A DNA stretch of 64,000 nucleotides. Origin: Candidatus Latescibacterota bacterium. Its GTDB lineage: Bacteria > Latescibacterota > UBA2968 > GCA-2709665. This document shows, piece by piece, positions 1 through 8,834 of the stretch. Location: positions 4,352,001-4,416,000 of the forward strand of contig CBDCOX010000002.1 of NCBI GenBank assembly GCA_965219995.1, written 5' to 3'. Numbering within the stretch: the stretch's first letter is position 1; each line of letters opens with the position of its first letter. The notes beneath the pieces are model-generated. The model had not been told where the DNA came from. It saw nothing but the letters and a program-made list of their open reading frames with translations, and did no database searches. Position numbers and translations under genes: made by a program.

Positions 1-1211
1 CGCCAGGCAGACCCTCCGGAGTCGATGGATTCCGTACCGCTCGAACGGACTTCCTCCGGGAGCAGGTCCCTGCTCAGGACCGCGTCCTCGGCGAATATGA
101 CGGCACGCTCAACGGCGTGCATCAGTTCGCGAATATTGCCCGGCCATGCGTATCCCGCCAGGAGTTTCGTCACATCGGCCGGCACTTCCGAAACGGCCTT
201 TCCGTGCCTTCGATTGAACCGATCCAGATAATACTGGACGAGCACGGGAATATCCTCGCGGCGGTCGCGAAGCGGCGGCAGGAAGACATCCACCACTTTC
301 AACCGGTAAAAAAGGTCCTCCCGGAACCGCCCGTGCGCAATTTCACTCGGAAGGTCCCTGTTCGTGGCGCTGATCATCCGAACGTCCACCGAAACCGTCT
401 CCGAGCCGCCCAGCCGCTCGAACTGTTGCTCCTGGAGTACGCGCAGCAGTTTCGCCTGTGTGTCGGCGTGCATGTCTCCGATCTCGTCCAGAAACAGCGT
501 TCCGCTGTCCGCAAGTTCGAATTTGCCCTGCCGCCGTGACGCGGCTCCCGTAAAGGCCCCCTTCTCATGACCGAACAGCTCGCTTTCGATCAACTCGTTG
601 GGAAGCGCTGCGGCGTTTACCGCGACGAAAGGGTGTTCTTTTCGCACGCTCTGCTCGTGAATCGCCCGCGCCACGAGCTCCTTGCCGGTTCCACTCTCAC
701 CGTGAACCAGCACGCCTGCGTCGGTTCCGGCCACCTTGCCAATCATGTCGCAGACCCGCTCCATGGCCCGGCTACGGCCGATCAGCAACCCGAACCCGGA
801 CTGACGGCGAATCTCGTTGCGCAACGTTTCGTTCTCCCTTCGCAGGCGAACCGTCTCCAGCGCATTCTGGACCAGGCAGCGAAGTTCGTCCACGTCGTAC
901 GGCTTGCTCACGTAGTCGTATGCTCCCGCCTTCATCGCTTCAACCGCAATCCGTTCCGACCCGTAAGCAGTCATCATGATGACCGGAGGCGCGTCTCCAT
1001 GTTCGACCAGCCTCTTCACCAGCGTCAAGCCGTCCATCTTCGGCATCTGGATGTCACAGATCAGCAGATCGGGACCGCTGCGTGCGATTTCTTCCAGCGC
1101 CGCTGCTCCGTCGGCCGCTTCCACAACTTCGCAGGACAGCGCCGCCAGGGCCCGCTTCAGTCCGTGCCGCGCGGCCGGATCGTCGTCTACAATCAGAATC
1201 TTATGCCGCAT
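1..1211 (-). CDS. Sigma-54-dependent NtrC-family response regulator (runs off left edge)
   Basis: Absent from the ORF track because its stop lies outside the window. Manual translation from ATG 1211 gives receiver start MRHKILIVDDD and a GHEKGAFTGA motif near 542-572. Overlaps the kinase stop. Confidence 0.92.
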   Translation of the reverse strand, partial: MRHKILIVDDDPAARHGLKRALAALSCEVVEAADGAAALEEIARSGPDLLICDIQMPKMDGLTLVKRLVEHGDAPPVIMMTAYGSERIAVEAMKAGAYDYVSKPYDVDELRCLVQNALETVRLRRENETLRNEIRRQSGFGLLIGRSRAMERVCDMIGKVAGTDAGVLVHGESGTGKELVARAIHEQSVRKEHPFVAVNAAALPNELIESELFGHEKGAFTGAASRRQGKFELADSGTLFLDEIGDMHADTQAKLLRVLQEQQFERLGGSETVSVDVRMISATNRDLPSEIAHGRFREDLFYRLKVVDVFLPPLRDRREDIPVLVQYYLDRFNRRHGKAVSEVPADVTKLLAGYAWPGNIRELMHAVERAVIFAEDAVLSRDLLPEEVRSSGTESIDSGGSAW

Positions 1212-3324
1212 CGTCCGCTCCAGGAAGTTGAACCTCGAACACCGCACCCTCGCGATCCCCGTTCTCAACCCCGATCATCCCGCCCATGCGCTCCACGTCC
1301 CGCTTTACAATGGCAAGCCCCAGGCCAGTCCCCGAAGCCTTCGTGGTAAAGAACGGTTCGAAGACATGTGAGAGCGCTTCTTCCGATATCCCCGGCCCGG
1401 TATCCGACACCCGCACGGCGACCCGCCCGTTTGAACGTCCGGCCCGCACCGTCAATCGCAGGTCCGCATTTCCTTCCGCTTCGTCCATCGCCTGGATGCC
1501 GTTCAGGATCAGATTGAAAAACACCTCTTTCAGATCTTCCGGATCACCCGTAACGACAAGGCCCTCGGCAACCTCGGCCCTGATTTCGACCCGCCGCCGT
1601 TCCGCCTCATGGGACAGGATCACCACCACGTCTTCGAGCACGGCCTTGATGTCAACCGGTTGAAAGGCATCGTCCTGTTTCGGCTGCGCGAATCTGAGCA
1701 GCCGGTCCACCACCCGGCCCAAACGGTCGATTTCGTTCAATACAACCGTCAGGTCGCCGGACTTGGCGTGGTCGTTCGCCAGGTCTTCCCGCAACACGGT
1801 GGTGATCGCCTTGATCGAGCTCAATGGATTCTTCACCTCGTGCGCGATGCCGGCCGAGAGCAGGCCCAGCGCCGATAACCGCTCGGCCTCGTACATGCGT
1901 CGTTCCAGTTGCAGCCGGCGTTCCACCAGACGCGTATTTTCGACGGCCAGCGCAATCTGATTGCAAAGCGTACCGAGCAGTTCCCATTCCTCCGATGAAA
2001 AGGGCACACTTCGTTTTTTCTCTCCCAGGCACAGAAACCCGGTTAGCCTTTCCTCCTGCATCACCGGTATACACAACCGGACGCCGTGTTCGGCGAGAAC
2101 AGCGGCGAGAGCCGGTCGATGCAATTCACCCACGTCCAGCGCCCGCCGGTGGGTCGACATCCAATCCGCCACCAGCCGGACTTGCTCCTGTTTCCCGTCG
2201 CTTCGACTGAACGGCGGAGCGGGCGGATCGAACCCGGCCAATCCGCTGCCCGAGATCACCCGTACGTCGCCGGCGCGGTCGTCCTCGTCGTCGAACAGCA
2301 CCAGCGAGACAAGGTGCACCTTCAGCACCGTCCCCACGGCGTCCACAACCGCCTTCAACCGGCTTTCCAGCGCGTCCGGCACGTTCAACGTCTGGCTCAG
2401 CGTACCAAGCAGGTGCTGGTATTCGAAGCGTGCTTTAAAGAAGAGCCGGTTGATCGCTCCCTGCAGCCTGTTCTTGACCGGCTGAAACAGAAAGATCAAC
2501 AGGGAGATCAGTACCGCCTCAACGACTTCCACCCGGAACCCGCCGCCCAGGCGCCCAAGCTCTTCGGCGATGCGTCGGATCACAAGCAGGTAGACCGTGA
2601 GAACGATCCCCGTCAGCGCGGAATAAAGAAGCGCGGGATTCACCACGATCCGGAAAAAGCTGTATCGATAAATATAGTAACCGAGAATGTACGCCGGCGC
2701 GATCGGTGAGAGAAACAGCGCGAGGTCGAGGGCCGGTCCAACAACTGCCAGTCTGATTCCACCCATCGGATAGGCGGCGCCGGCCAGAACCGCGATGCCG
2801 GTCAGCGCCAGAGCCGTCAGGCGGTAGAACGACCGTTGCACCTCCGTTGCCAACTGCCCGGCGAACCCACGGCAAAGCCACGCGGAATACAACAGCGCGG
2901 GAATCGTGTACAGGCTGAAGCCCACGCGCTTCAGCGGTATGTCCCACAAACCGATCAGGAATACGGTCAGCCCGGGAACAACCGCGAGCGGAACCGGATT
3001 GTGTCGCAGCCAGCCGGCGATCCGCGTCCTTTGTTCGTCGGCGGAAATGAGCACCGTCGCCAGAAGCGCGGAGGGCAGGAAACACATTCCGAATCGCGCG
3101 GCCTGGGCCGCGTAGACTGTCGCGGGAGCGCCGGGCGACGCCTGTTCGATCAGAATCCGCAGCGCGTCTCCCGTATACCAGAGCGCCCCCCCAAGAATCA
3201 GCAGCAGCAACGGAAGCGGCGTGCCCCGTCGCTTAATGGCGGATACGAAAATGCCCCAGAGCAGCCCGGCGGCGATCGCGCCGCCGACCAGCCAGACTGT
3301 GTCATATAGCGAGAGATTCATCAT
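1201..3324 (-). CDS. Membrane sensor histidine kinase (multi-TM N-terminus, GAF, HisKA, HATPase)
   Basis: H-box AHEVKNPL, N-box NLILNGIQA, G-boxes DTGPG and GTGLGL, GAF-like segment, many TM helices. Confidence 0.92.
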   Translation of the reverse strand: MMNLSLYDTVWLVGGAIAAGLLWGIFVSAIKRRGTPLPLLLLILGGALWYTGDALRILIEQASPGAPATVYAAQAARFGMCFLPSALLATVLISADEQRTRIAGWLRHNPVPLAVVPGLTVFLIGLWDIPLKRVGFSLYTIPALLYSAWLCRGFAGQLATEVQRSFYRLTALALTGIAVLAGAAYPMGGIRLAVVGPALDLALFLSPIAPAYILGYYIYRYSFFRIVVNPALLYSALTGIVLTVYLLVIRRIAEELGRLGGGFRVEVVEAVLISLLIFLFQPVKNRLQGAINRLFFKARFEYQHLLGTLSQTLNVPDALESRLKAVVDAVGTVLKVHLVSLVLFDDEDDRAGDVRVISGSGLAGFDPPAPPFSRSDGKQEQVRLVADWMSTHRRALDVGELHRPALAAVLAEHGVRLCIPVMQEERLTGFLCLGEKKRSVPFSSEEWELLGTLCNQIALAVENTRLVERRLQLERRMYEAERLSALGLLSAGIAHEVKNPLSSIKAITTVLREDLANDHAKSGDLTVVLNEIDRLGRVVDRLLRFAQPKQDDAFQPVDIKAVLEDVVVILSHEAERRRVEIRAEVAEGLVVTGDPEDLKEVFFNLILNGIQAMDEAEGNADLRLTVRAGRSNGRVAVRVSDTGPGISEEALSHVFEPFFTTKASGTGLGLAIVKRDVERMGGMIGVENGDREGAVFEVQLPGADDAA

Positions 3325-3362
3325 ATCGGATCTTCCGGCCTTCCGCTGATCTTCCAGTGTTC

Positions 3363-3391
3363 AAATTAGTGAAAATGGCAAGTAATTTCAA
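3363..3391 (-). promoter_or_regulatory. Putative sigma-70 promoter for the kinase/regulator pair
   Basis: TTGAAA-17 bp-TAATTT on the minus strand. Confidence 0.45.
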
Positions 3392-3454
3392 TCCAATCCG
3401 CCGGCAGCCGAAGCGAGCGGTCCGTTGTGCAGGCATCCGCTGGAACCCGAAGCG

Positions 3455-4258
3455 TCAACTGCCCGTGGACCGATAGTGGCGCACGCCTAATTTCCAGACG
3501 CGGAGGGCAATGTACAGGAATGCCGGACCCGCCAACGGGGACAGGAATTGCATCCATTCGGTGGAGCCGAAGGGATCGGCCCGGTCCAGAATGACAAGGG
3601 CAGGGTAGTAGCTGACGCCGGCAAGCGGGACGAAGTACGTGAAGAAACGTCGGAACCATCCGGGATAGATCGACAGGGGGTACTGGGCAGTCTCGGTGCC
3701 GCCGTTGGTGAGAGCGTTGGCGATTTCCAGGCCTTCGGTGGTCCAGAAGGCGAGGGTGGCCTGCAGGATGAACAGGCCGATGAAGAGGCAGACGCCGCCA
3801 AGAACGGCCCCCGTCGCGAGGGCGATCTTGCTGGCAGACCAGGCGACTTCGAGCACGTATTGGGCCCAGATGAGCACGGCGAGTGCCTGAAGAAACCTGC
3901 CGATTCGCAAGAGGTGAAATTCCTGGCCCATCAGCTGCAGGACGGAACTTCGGGGGCGCAGGAGGATTCGGTCGAAATCTCCGCTCCTGACCCATGTGCC
4001 GAAGGTGTCGAACCCTCGTGCGACGCCCTCCGCAAGGGCGAAGGCGATATTGACCATGCCGTACAGCAATGCGACCTCGGGCAACTTCCAGCCCTGAATG
4101 CTTCCGAAGTGGCTGAACAGCACCCAGAGTGCTGCAAAGTCCAGACCGGTCATCAGAAAATATCCCGTAGACAACATTGCGAACGAGGCCCGGTACTGCA
4201 TCTGACCGCGAATCGAAATTGCGATATATCGGGCGTACAGTCGCAGGGCATTGCTCAT
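3455..4258 (-). CDS. ABC-2 family (DUF990-like) permease
   Basis: Hydrophobic; QMQYRASF, GDFDRILLRP and YPLSIYP motifs; in an operon with the ATPase. Confidence 0.88.
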   Translation of the reverse strand: MSNALRLYARYIAISIRGQMQYRASFAMLSTGYFLMTGLDFAALWVLFSHFGSIQGWKLPEVALLYGMVNIAFALAEGVARGFDTFGTWVRSGDFDRILLRPRSSVLQLMGQEFHLLRIGRFLQALAVLIWAQYVLEVAWSASKIALATGAVLGGVCLFIGLFILQATLAFWTTEGLEIANALTNGGTETAQYPLSIYPGWFRRFFTYFVPLAGVSYYPALVILDRADPFGSTEWMQFLSPLAGPAFLYIALRVWKLGVRHYRSTGS

Positions 4259-4262
4259 TTGA

Positions 4263-5054
4263 CTACCCTCCCTGAATGACGAGCCTGCGGATTCCCCGGG
4301 CGAGCAGAAGGCGTCCCATGACGATCAGACCCAGGGTCCAGGCCAACTGGTGTGCGAAGAGCGGAAGGATTTCCTCGGGAGGGATGTGGCCGATGTAGAA
4401 GCGAAAAGGCACGTCCACGAGTCCCCGGAAAGGCAGGACGTCGAGGACGGTTCGGGCCCAGTCCGGGAAGAAGGGCAGGGGAACATACATGCCGGAAAAG
4501 ATCGCCACGGCTGCGACCATGAGCGTGGAAATTCCCTGCCCCGAGACCGTCCAGAGCATGGAGACGTTGAGCAGATTCGCGATCGCGGTGCCGAGGAGCA
4601 GCGCCCCGAGGGTTGTCATGGCCCACGCGCCGCCGGCAGCCCATGAGTGCGGAGGCTGAAGGCCGAAAAACAGTCCGGCGATAACGAACATCGGAACCGC
4701 CCGAAGCAGAGTCGGGGCGGTTCGCCGGGCGATATCCCGGCAGAACCAGAACGCGTACAGGTCCAGGGGCCTGGCAAGTTCGTAAGCCACCGTACCCGAC
4801 CGGATCATCGCGCGCATCTCCCGGTCGATGATCCAGGGAAGCATTCCCAGCATGGCCTGGCCCAACCAGATGTAGGTGATCACTTCAACGAGGCTCATCG
4901 GCTGGTGGGCCGTGGTGGAACGGTAAAACGCGGAGAAGAACATTGTGCGTATCAGGCCCCAGAATACCTGTGTGCCCAGTCCCGCCGCGGCCGCCATCCG
5001 GTATTGCAGCAGCATCCGGAAGCGCGCGCCGATCACGGCTGCGTAGGCCTTCAT
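4263..5054 (-). CDS. ABC-2 family (DUF990-like) permease
   Basis: LQYR, IRSGTVAYELARP and SGMYVPLPFFP motifs; overlaps the ATPase stop. Confidence 0.88.
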   Translation of the reverse strand: MKAYAAVIGARFRMLLQYRMAAAAGLGTQVFWGLIRTMFFSAFYRSTTAHQPMSLVEVITYIWLGQAMLGMLPWIIDREMRAMIRSGTVAYELARPLDLYAFWFCRDIARRTAPTLLRAVPMFVIAGLFFGLQPPHSWAAGGAWAMTTLGALLLGTAIANLLNVSMLWTVSGQGISTLMVAAVAIFSGMYVPLPFFPDWARTVLDVLPFRGLVDVPFRFYIGHIPPEEILPLFAHQLAWTLGLIVMGRLLLARGIRRLVIQGG

Positions 5055-6034
5055 AGTCTCTCCTTTTCGTACATCTTCGCGATGATTTCTTCGATGGGCG
5101 GGTTTTCGACGTAGAGGTCCCGCACCGGGTGTCCGGCCGTGATTCGGCCAATGAGGGATGCAGCTGACACCCGATCGGGATCGAAGCTGAATTGAACCCG
5201 ATACCCGTCGCGTTCCACGACCGCGGCTTCCGGAACGGAAACTTCCCGGGTTTCATCAACAAGGTACACGGTGAGGCGTCGCTCCCGGCTGACGCGGGTT
5301 CGCAGGTCCTTCAGCGTGCCGTCGGAGAGGATCCGTCCCTGACCGATCACCATGACCCGGGTGCACAGGGCTTCGATATCGTCCATGTCGTGCGTTGTGA
5401 GGATGACGGTAACGCCTCGCTCCCTGTTGAGTCGTTTGACGAAGTCACGGACCTTCAGCTTGGACACGGCGTCCAGTCCAATGGTGGGTTCGTCCAGGAA
5501 GAGGAGGGAGGGAGAATGGAGGAGCGCCGCGGCCAGATCGCAGCGCATTCTCTGGCCCAGGGAGAGTTGCCGCACCGGGGTGTCAAGGAGCCGGTCAAGG
5601 TCCAGCAGGCCGATGAGTTCATCGCGTCTTGCGATGTATTCCTTACCGGGAACTCTGTAGATGTCGCGGAGCAGATCGAAAGACTCGATGACGGGCAGAT
5701 CCCACCAGAGTTGCGTGCGTTGTCCGAAGACGACGCCGATGTTCCGAACGTGTGAAATGCGCTCCTTCCAGGGTACGCGACCGGCGATCTCGCATCGGCC
5801 CGAATCGGGAACGAGGATGCCGGAGAGGACCTTGACGGTGGTGGATTTGCCCGCGCCGTTGGGTCCGATGTAACCGACGAGCTCTCCGGGCCGGATGGTG
5901 AACGAGACGCCGTCCAGCGCGCTGACGGTTCGGTATCGGCGTTGAATCACGCCGATGAGCGCACCCCACGTGCCGGACTTGCGTTCAGCGATGCGAAAGG
6001 TTTTCGCAAGATCCTCGACGATTATCCGGGGCAT
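5051..6034 (-). CDS. ABC exporter ATP-binding protein
   Basis: Walker A GPNGAGKST, signature LSLGQ, Walker B LFLDEPT; SD GGAGG. Confidence 0.95.
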   Translation of the reverse strand: MPRIIVEDLAKTFRIAERKSGTWGALIGVIQRRYRTVSALDGVSFTIRPGELVGYIGPNGAGKSTTVKVLSGILVPDSGRCEIAGRVPWKERISHVRNIGVVFGQRTQLWWDLPVIESFDLLRDIYRVPGKEYIARRDELIGLLDLDRLLDTPVRQLSLGQRMRCDLAAALLHSPSLLFLDEPTIGLDAVSKLKVRDFVKRLNRERGVTVILTTHDMDDIEALCTRVMVIGQGRILSDGTLKDLRTRVSRERRLTVYLVDETREVSVPEAAVVERDGYRVQFSFDPDRVSAASLIGRITAGHPVRDLYVENPPIEEIIAKMYEKERL

Positions 6035-6075
6035 TTCGGATATCCTCCTCGTGTGACGGGCCGGTCCGCTTCAAA

Positions 6076-6118
6076 GACAAACAAAAAGCCCGTTGTCGAG
6101 ATAACCTCGACAACGGGC
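6076..6118 (-). terminator. Intrinsic terminator (attenuator) in the 5' leader of the ABC operon
   Basis: Perfect 13-bp stem (6088-6100 with 6106-6118), 5-nt loop, then TTTTTGTTTGT on the minus strand, about 40 nt upstream of the ATPase start. Confidence 0.85.
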
Positions 6119-6162
6119 AGTAGCCGCCAACCGGGCCTGGCCTGCGAAAGGCCGCCTTATGT

Positions 6163-6216
6163 TTAGCCTCCAGGGCACTTCGGCTTTTCCCGGGAGGCGC
6201 GGATGAGAATTTTCAT
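6163..6216 (-). CDS. Putative leader peptide MKILIRASREKPKCPGG
   Basis: 17-codon ORF between the promoter and the attenuator hairpin; weak SD. Confidence 0.55.
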   Translation of the reverse strand: MKILIRASREKPKCPGG

Positions 6217-6292
6217 CTTTATTATTTTCAAAGGCTTATACGTTTTCCCCGCATATATGGAGTATTGTCAGGTATACTCGGATCCCGATTGA

Positions 6293-6321
6293 AATATAAC
6301 ATGGCGCCCATGCGAGGTCAA
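6293..6321 (-). promoter_or_regulatory. Sigma-70 promoter of the ABC operon leader
   Basis: TTGACC-17 bp-TATATT with an extended -10 TG. Confidence 0.65.
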
Positions 6322-6480
6322 GAGAATTCAACCCCGAAATTTCGGAACGTTTATTCCCTCCCGGTCGTTCCTGTGACATAGGGAGGGGTCTGCGGACGCG
6401 GTTCGACCCTCGCGATTTTCGTCTCATGGGCACGGAGCCGCACAAGCGGAATTCCCTCTAACTACCGATAAGGAAAACAC

Positions 6481-6509
6481 TTGCGCGCGTAATTCGGGAC
6501 AATTATAAT
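6481..6509 (+). promoter_or_regulatory. Sigma-70 promoter for the lactonase gene
   Basis: TTGCGC-17 bp-TATAAT. Confidence 0.55.
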
Positions 6510-6623
6510 GGGCCGAAATCAGATTGATGGACACCGCCGGATGCAGAACTGCGCCGTCGCCGCTTCGCGGTCACCGGTCCTGAAGAGAAAGTGAACGCCA
6601 GCGGAAGCCCGTCGTTAATTGGA

Positions 6624-7637
6624 ATGACGATGAACTACCATGCCTATATAAGCGTTTCCAGCGAAGACAAGATTCTCAAATACAGGATGGATCCCGGCTC
6701 GGGCGATCTCGATTTCGAATACAGCATCCACGCCGGGGGCGGGCCGGGCCCGCTGGCGGTCGATCCGCGTCAGAAAACCCTCTATCTCAGCAGACGAGGC
6801 GCGCGCGAGATCTCGGCCTACGCCATCGATTCCGCCACGGGCGGCATTGCCCTGCTGGGTTCGGTCGCCGTGGACGCCGACGCCTGTTACGTGAGCACGG
6901 ATCGAAACGGACGATTCCTTCTCTCCGCTTCGTACGGCGGAGGAGTGGCGGCCGTCCACGCGATCCGGGGAGACGGGACGTTGAGCGATTCGCCGGTCCA
7001 GACCGTCAAGACGCTGCCGAAAGCCCACTTTATCCTGACGGATCCTTCGAATCGCCTCGCGTATCTGCCCCACGTCGGAGAATCCAACACCATTATCGGA
7101 TTTCGTTTCGACGAGGACGCGGGCTCGCTTCGGGAGGTCTCCCGGACCGTTCACGAACCCGATGTCGGTCCCCGTCACCTGGTCTTCCACCCCGAACTGG
7201 ATATGGTCTTCGTCTCCAATGAGCAGGGCAGCAGCGTGACCGCGTACAGACTCGACACCGGTTCCGGCGTTCTCGAACCCGTGCAAACCCTTTCCACGCT
7301 GCCTGACGGCTTTGGCGGTGAAAACACGTGCGCGCAGATCCACATCCACCCATCGGGCAGGTTCCTGTATGTTTCAAATCGGGGCCACGACAGCATTGCG
7401 GGCTATTCGGTTGACGGGGCGGGCCGGCTTACGCGTATCGGCATTCAGCCCACGGAACCGGTACCCAGGGCTTTCGGGATCGATCCCACGGGCGGTTTTC
7501 TCTACGCGGGCGGGCAGGAATCGGGCAAGCTGGCATCATACCGTATTGACGCACGGACCGGCCGGTTGTGTCCCCTGAAGACCTATACCGTCGGCGAACA
7601 GTCCATGTGGGTCCTTGTTCTCGCGCTTCGTGGCTGA
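6624..7637 (+). CDS. pgl: 6-phosphogluconolactonase (cycloisomerase-2 beta-propeller)
   Basis: GPRHLVFHP, GRFLYVSNRGHDSIA and PRAF motifs. Start could be 6591, 6624 or 6630. Confidence 0.85.
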   Translation: MTMNYHAYISVSSEDKILKYRMDPGSGDLDFEYSIHAGGGPGPLAVDPRQKTLYLSRRGAREISAYAIDSATGGIALLGSVAVDADACYVSTDRNGRFLLSASYGGGVAAVHAIRGDGTLSDSPVQTVKTLPKAHFILTDPSNRLAYLPHVGESNTIIGFRFDEDAGSLREVSRTVHEPDVGPRHLVFHPELDMVFVSNEQGSSVTAYRLDTGSGVLEPVQTLSTLPDGFGGENTCAQIHIHPSGRFLYVSNRGHDSIAGYSVDGAGRLTRIGIQPTEPVPRAFGIDPTGGFLYAGGQESGKLASYRIDARTGRLCPLKTYTVGEQSMWVLVLALRG

Positions 7638-7838
7638 CAACCGACGGTATCGACATTTGAAGGAACCGGACCTTCACGAGGGTTTCCGTTCCAAACCGTG
7701 GGCGATCACCGGGGAGATCCGGAGTCAGGTTGTTGCAATTCACAAGCCGTCTTGCGACACGGAGCGGCCATCCGATGCAGGAGAACGAAAAAGTAGCCCT
7801 AAATGCCTTATTTTCCGTGAATAATAACAGTAATCCTA

Positions 7839-7867
7839 TTGACAAACCCAAAGTTGTGCCGTATTAT
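7839..7867 (+). promoter_or_regulatory. Sigma-70 promoter of the cell-wall cluster
   Basis: TTGACA-17 bp-TATTAT in an AT-rich intergenic region. Confidence 0.7.
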
Positions 7868-7910
7868 CGTAATATAGTGTGTAGTATGGTACAATACCTG
7901 AGATAACAAG

Positions 7911-8693
7911 ATGTTGGGACGATTGGCAATGGCTTGTTCGATCTCACCAGGATCCGGACGCCTGTTCGCGGCAGGTTTGCTGGTTTTAATGGCGGCGTGC
8001 GCAACTCCCGGCCGGAAAACCGCGCCACCGGCGCCGGCCGCCGACGAGGATTTCGATCCGGCAAGCATCAGTGACGATGACTTCCTGCTGAAACCGCCGA
8101 CCGGGACAGAAATCCCCCCTGTCGACCCGACTCCCGCGGCAGCGCCTTCCGTGGTCCATCTCGAAGGGTTTCGGGTGCAAATCGCGGTGGTGTCGAGTCT
8201 TGACCGGGCGGAGAGGGTTAAAAGCGAAGCGGAGTCGAAATTCGGGGTTCCGGTTCATGTCTACCGCGACCCGGACACCGGTCTGCACAAAATCCAGGTG
8301 GGAAACGGGAGGACCGCGGCCGAGGTCGAATCCCTGCGCCAACTTGCCAAGAGCCGGGGGTATCCCGAAGCATTCATTGTACGAACCGGAATCGAAGTAC
8401 CCCGTGCCGAGATTTACGGCCCGGATCCCGTGTACGGTTACCGCGTTCAGATCTTTGCGGCATCAAGCCGCGCGGCTGCTGAAGCCGAGAAGGCCAACGC
8501 CCGGGACACACTCGGACAGGACGACGTTTATATAGAGTCCGAGCCGCCGTACTTCAAGGTCCGCATTGGCAATTTCCAAACGAAGGAAGCCGCTGAAGGG
8601 CTTATGGAGAGGCTTAAGGCATACGGATACGATACAACGTTTGTGGTTCGGACACGCATCGCAACCATCACTGAAGAGACAACCGGCAACTGA
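7911..8693 (+). CDS. Lipoprotein with two SPOR domains
   Basis: Lipobox MAAC; two GFRVQI/GYRVQI...K(I/V)xxGN repeats. Confidence 0.85.
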   Translation: MLGRLAMACSISPGSGRLFAAGLLVLMAACATPGRKTAPPAPAADEDFDPASISDDDFLLKPPTGTEIPPVDPTPAAAPSVVHLEGFRVQIAVVSSLDRAERVKSEAESKFGVPVHVYRDPDTGLHKIQVGNGRTAAEVESLRQLAKSRGYPEAFIVRTGIEVPRAEIYGPDPVYGYRVQIFAASSRAAAEAEKANARDTLGQDDVYIESEPPYFKVRIGNFQTKEAAEGLMERLKAYGYDTTFVVRTRIATITEETTGN

Positions 8694-8834
8694 ACGCGTA
8701 CGGGGTTTACCGCGGCGGTCCCGCTGCCTTGACTGCCGCGAACACAGGCCTGCAATGCGCGACCGGTCCGTCGCCCGTTTCACCGGTGTTTCCCGGTGGC
8801 CGGGCTTCCGGATCGATTTTTCCAGAATGTTCAG

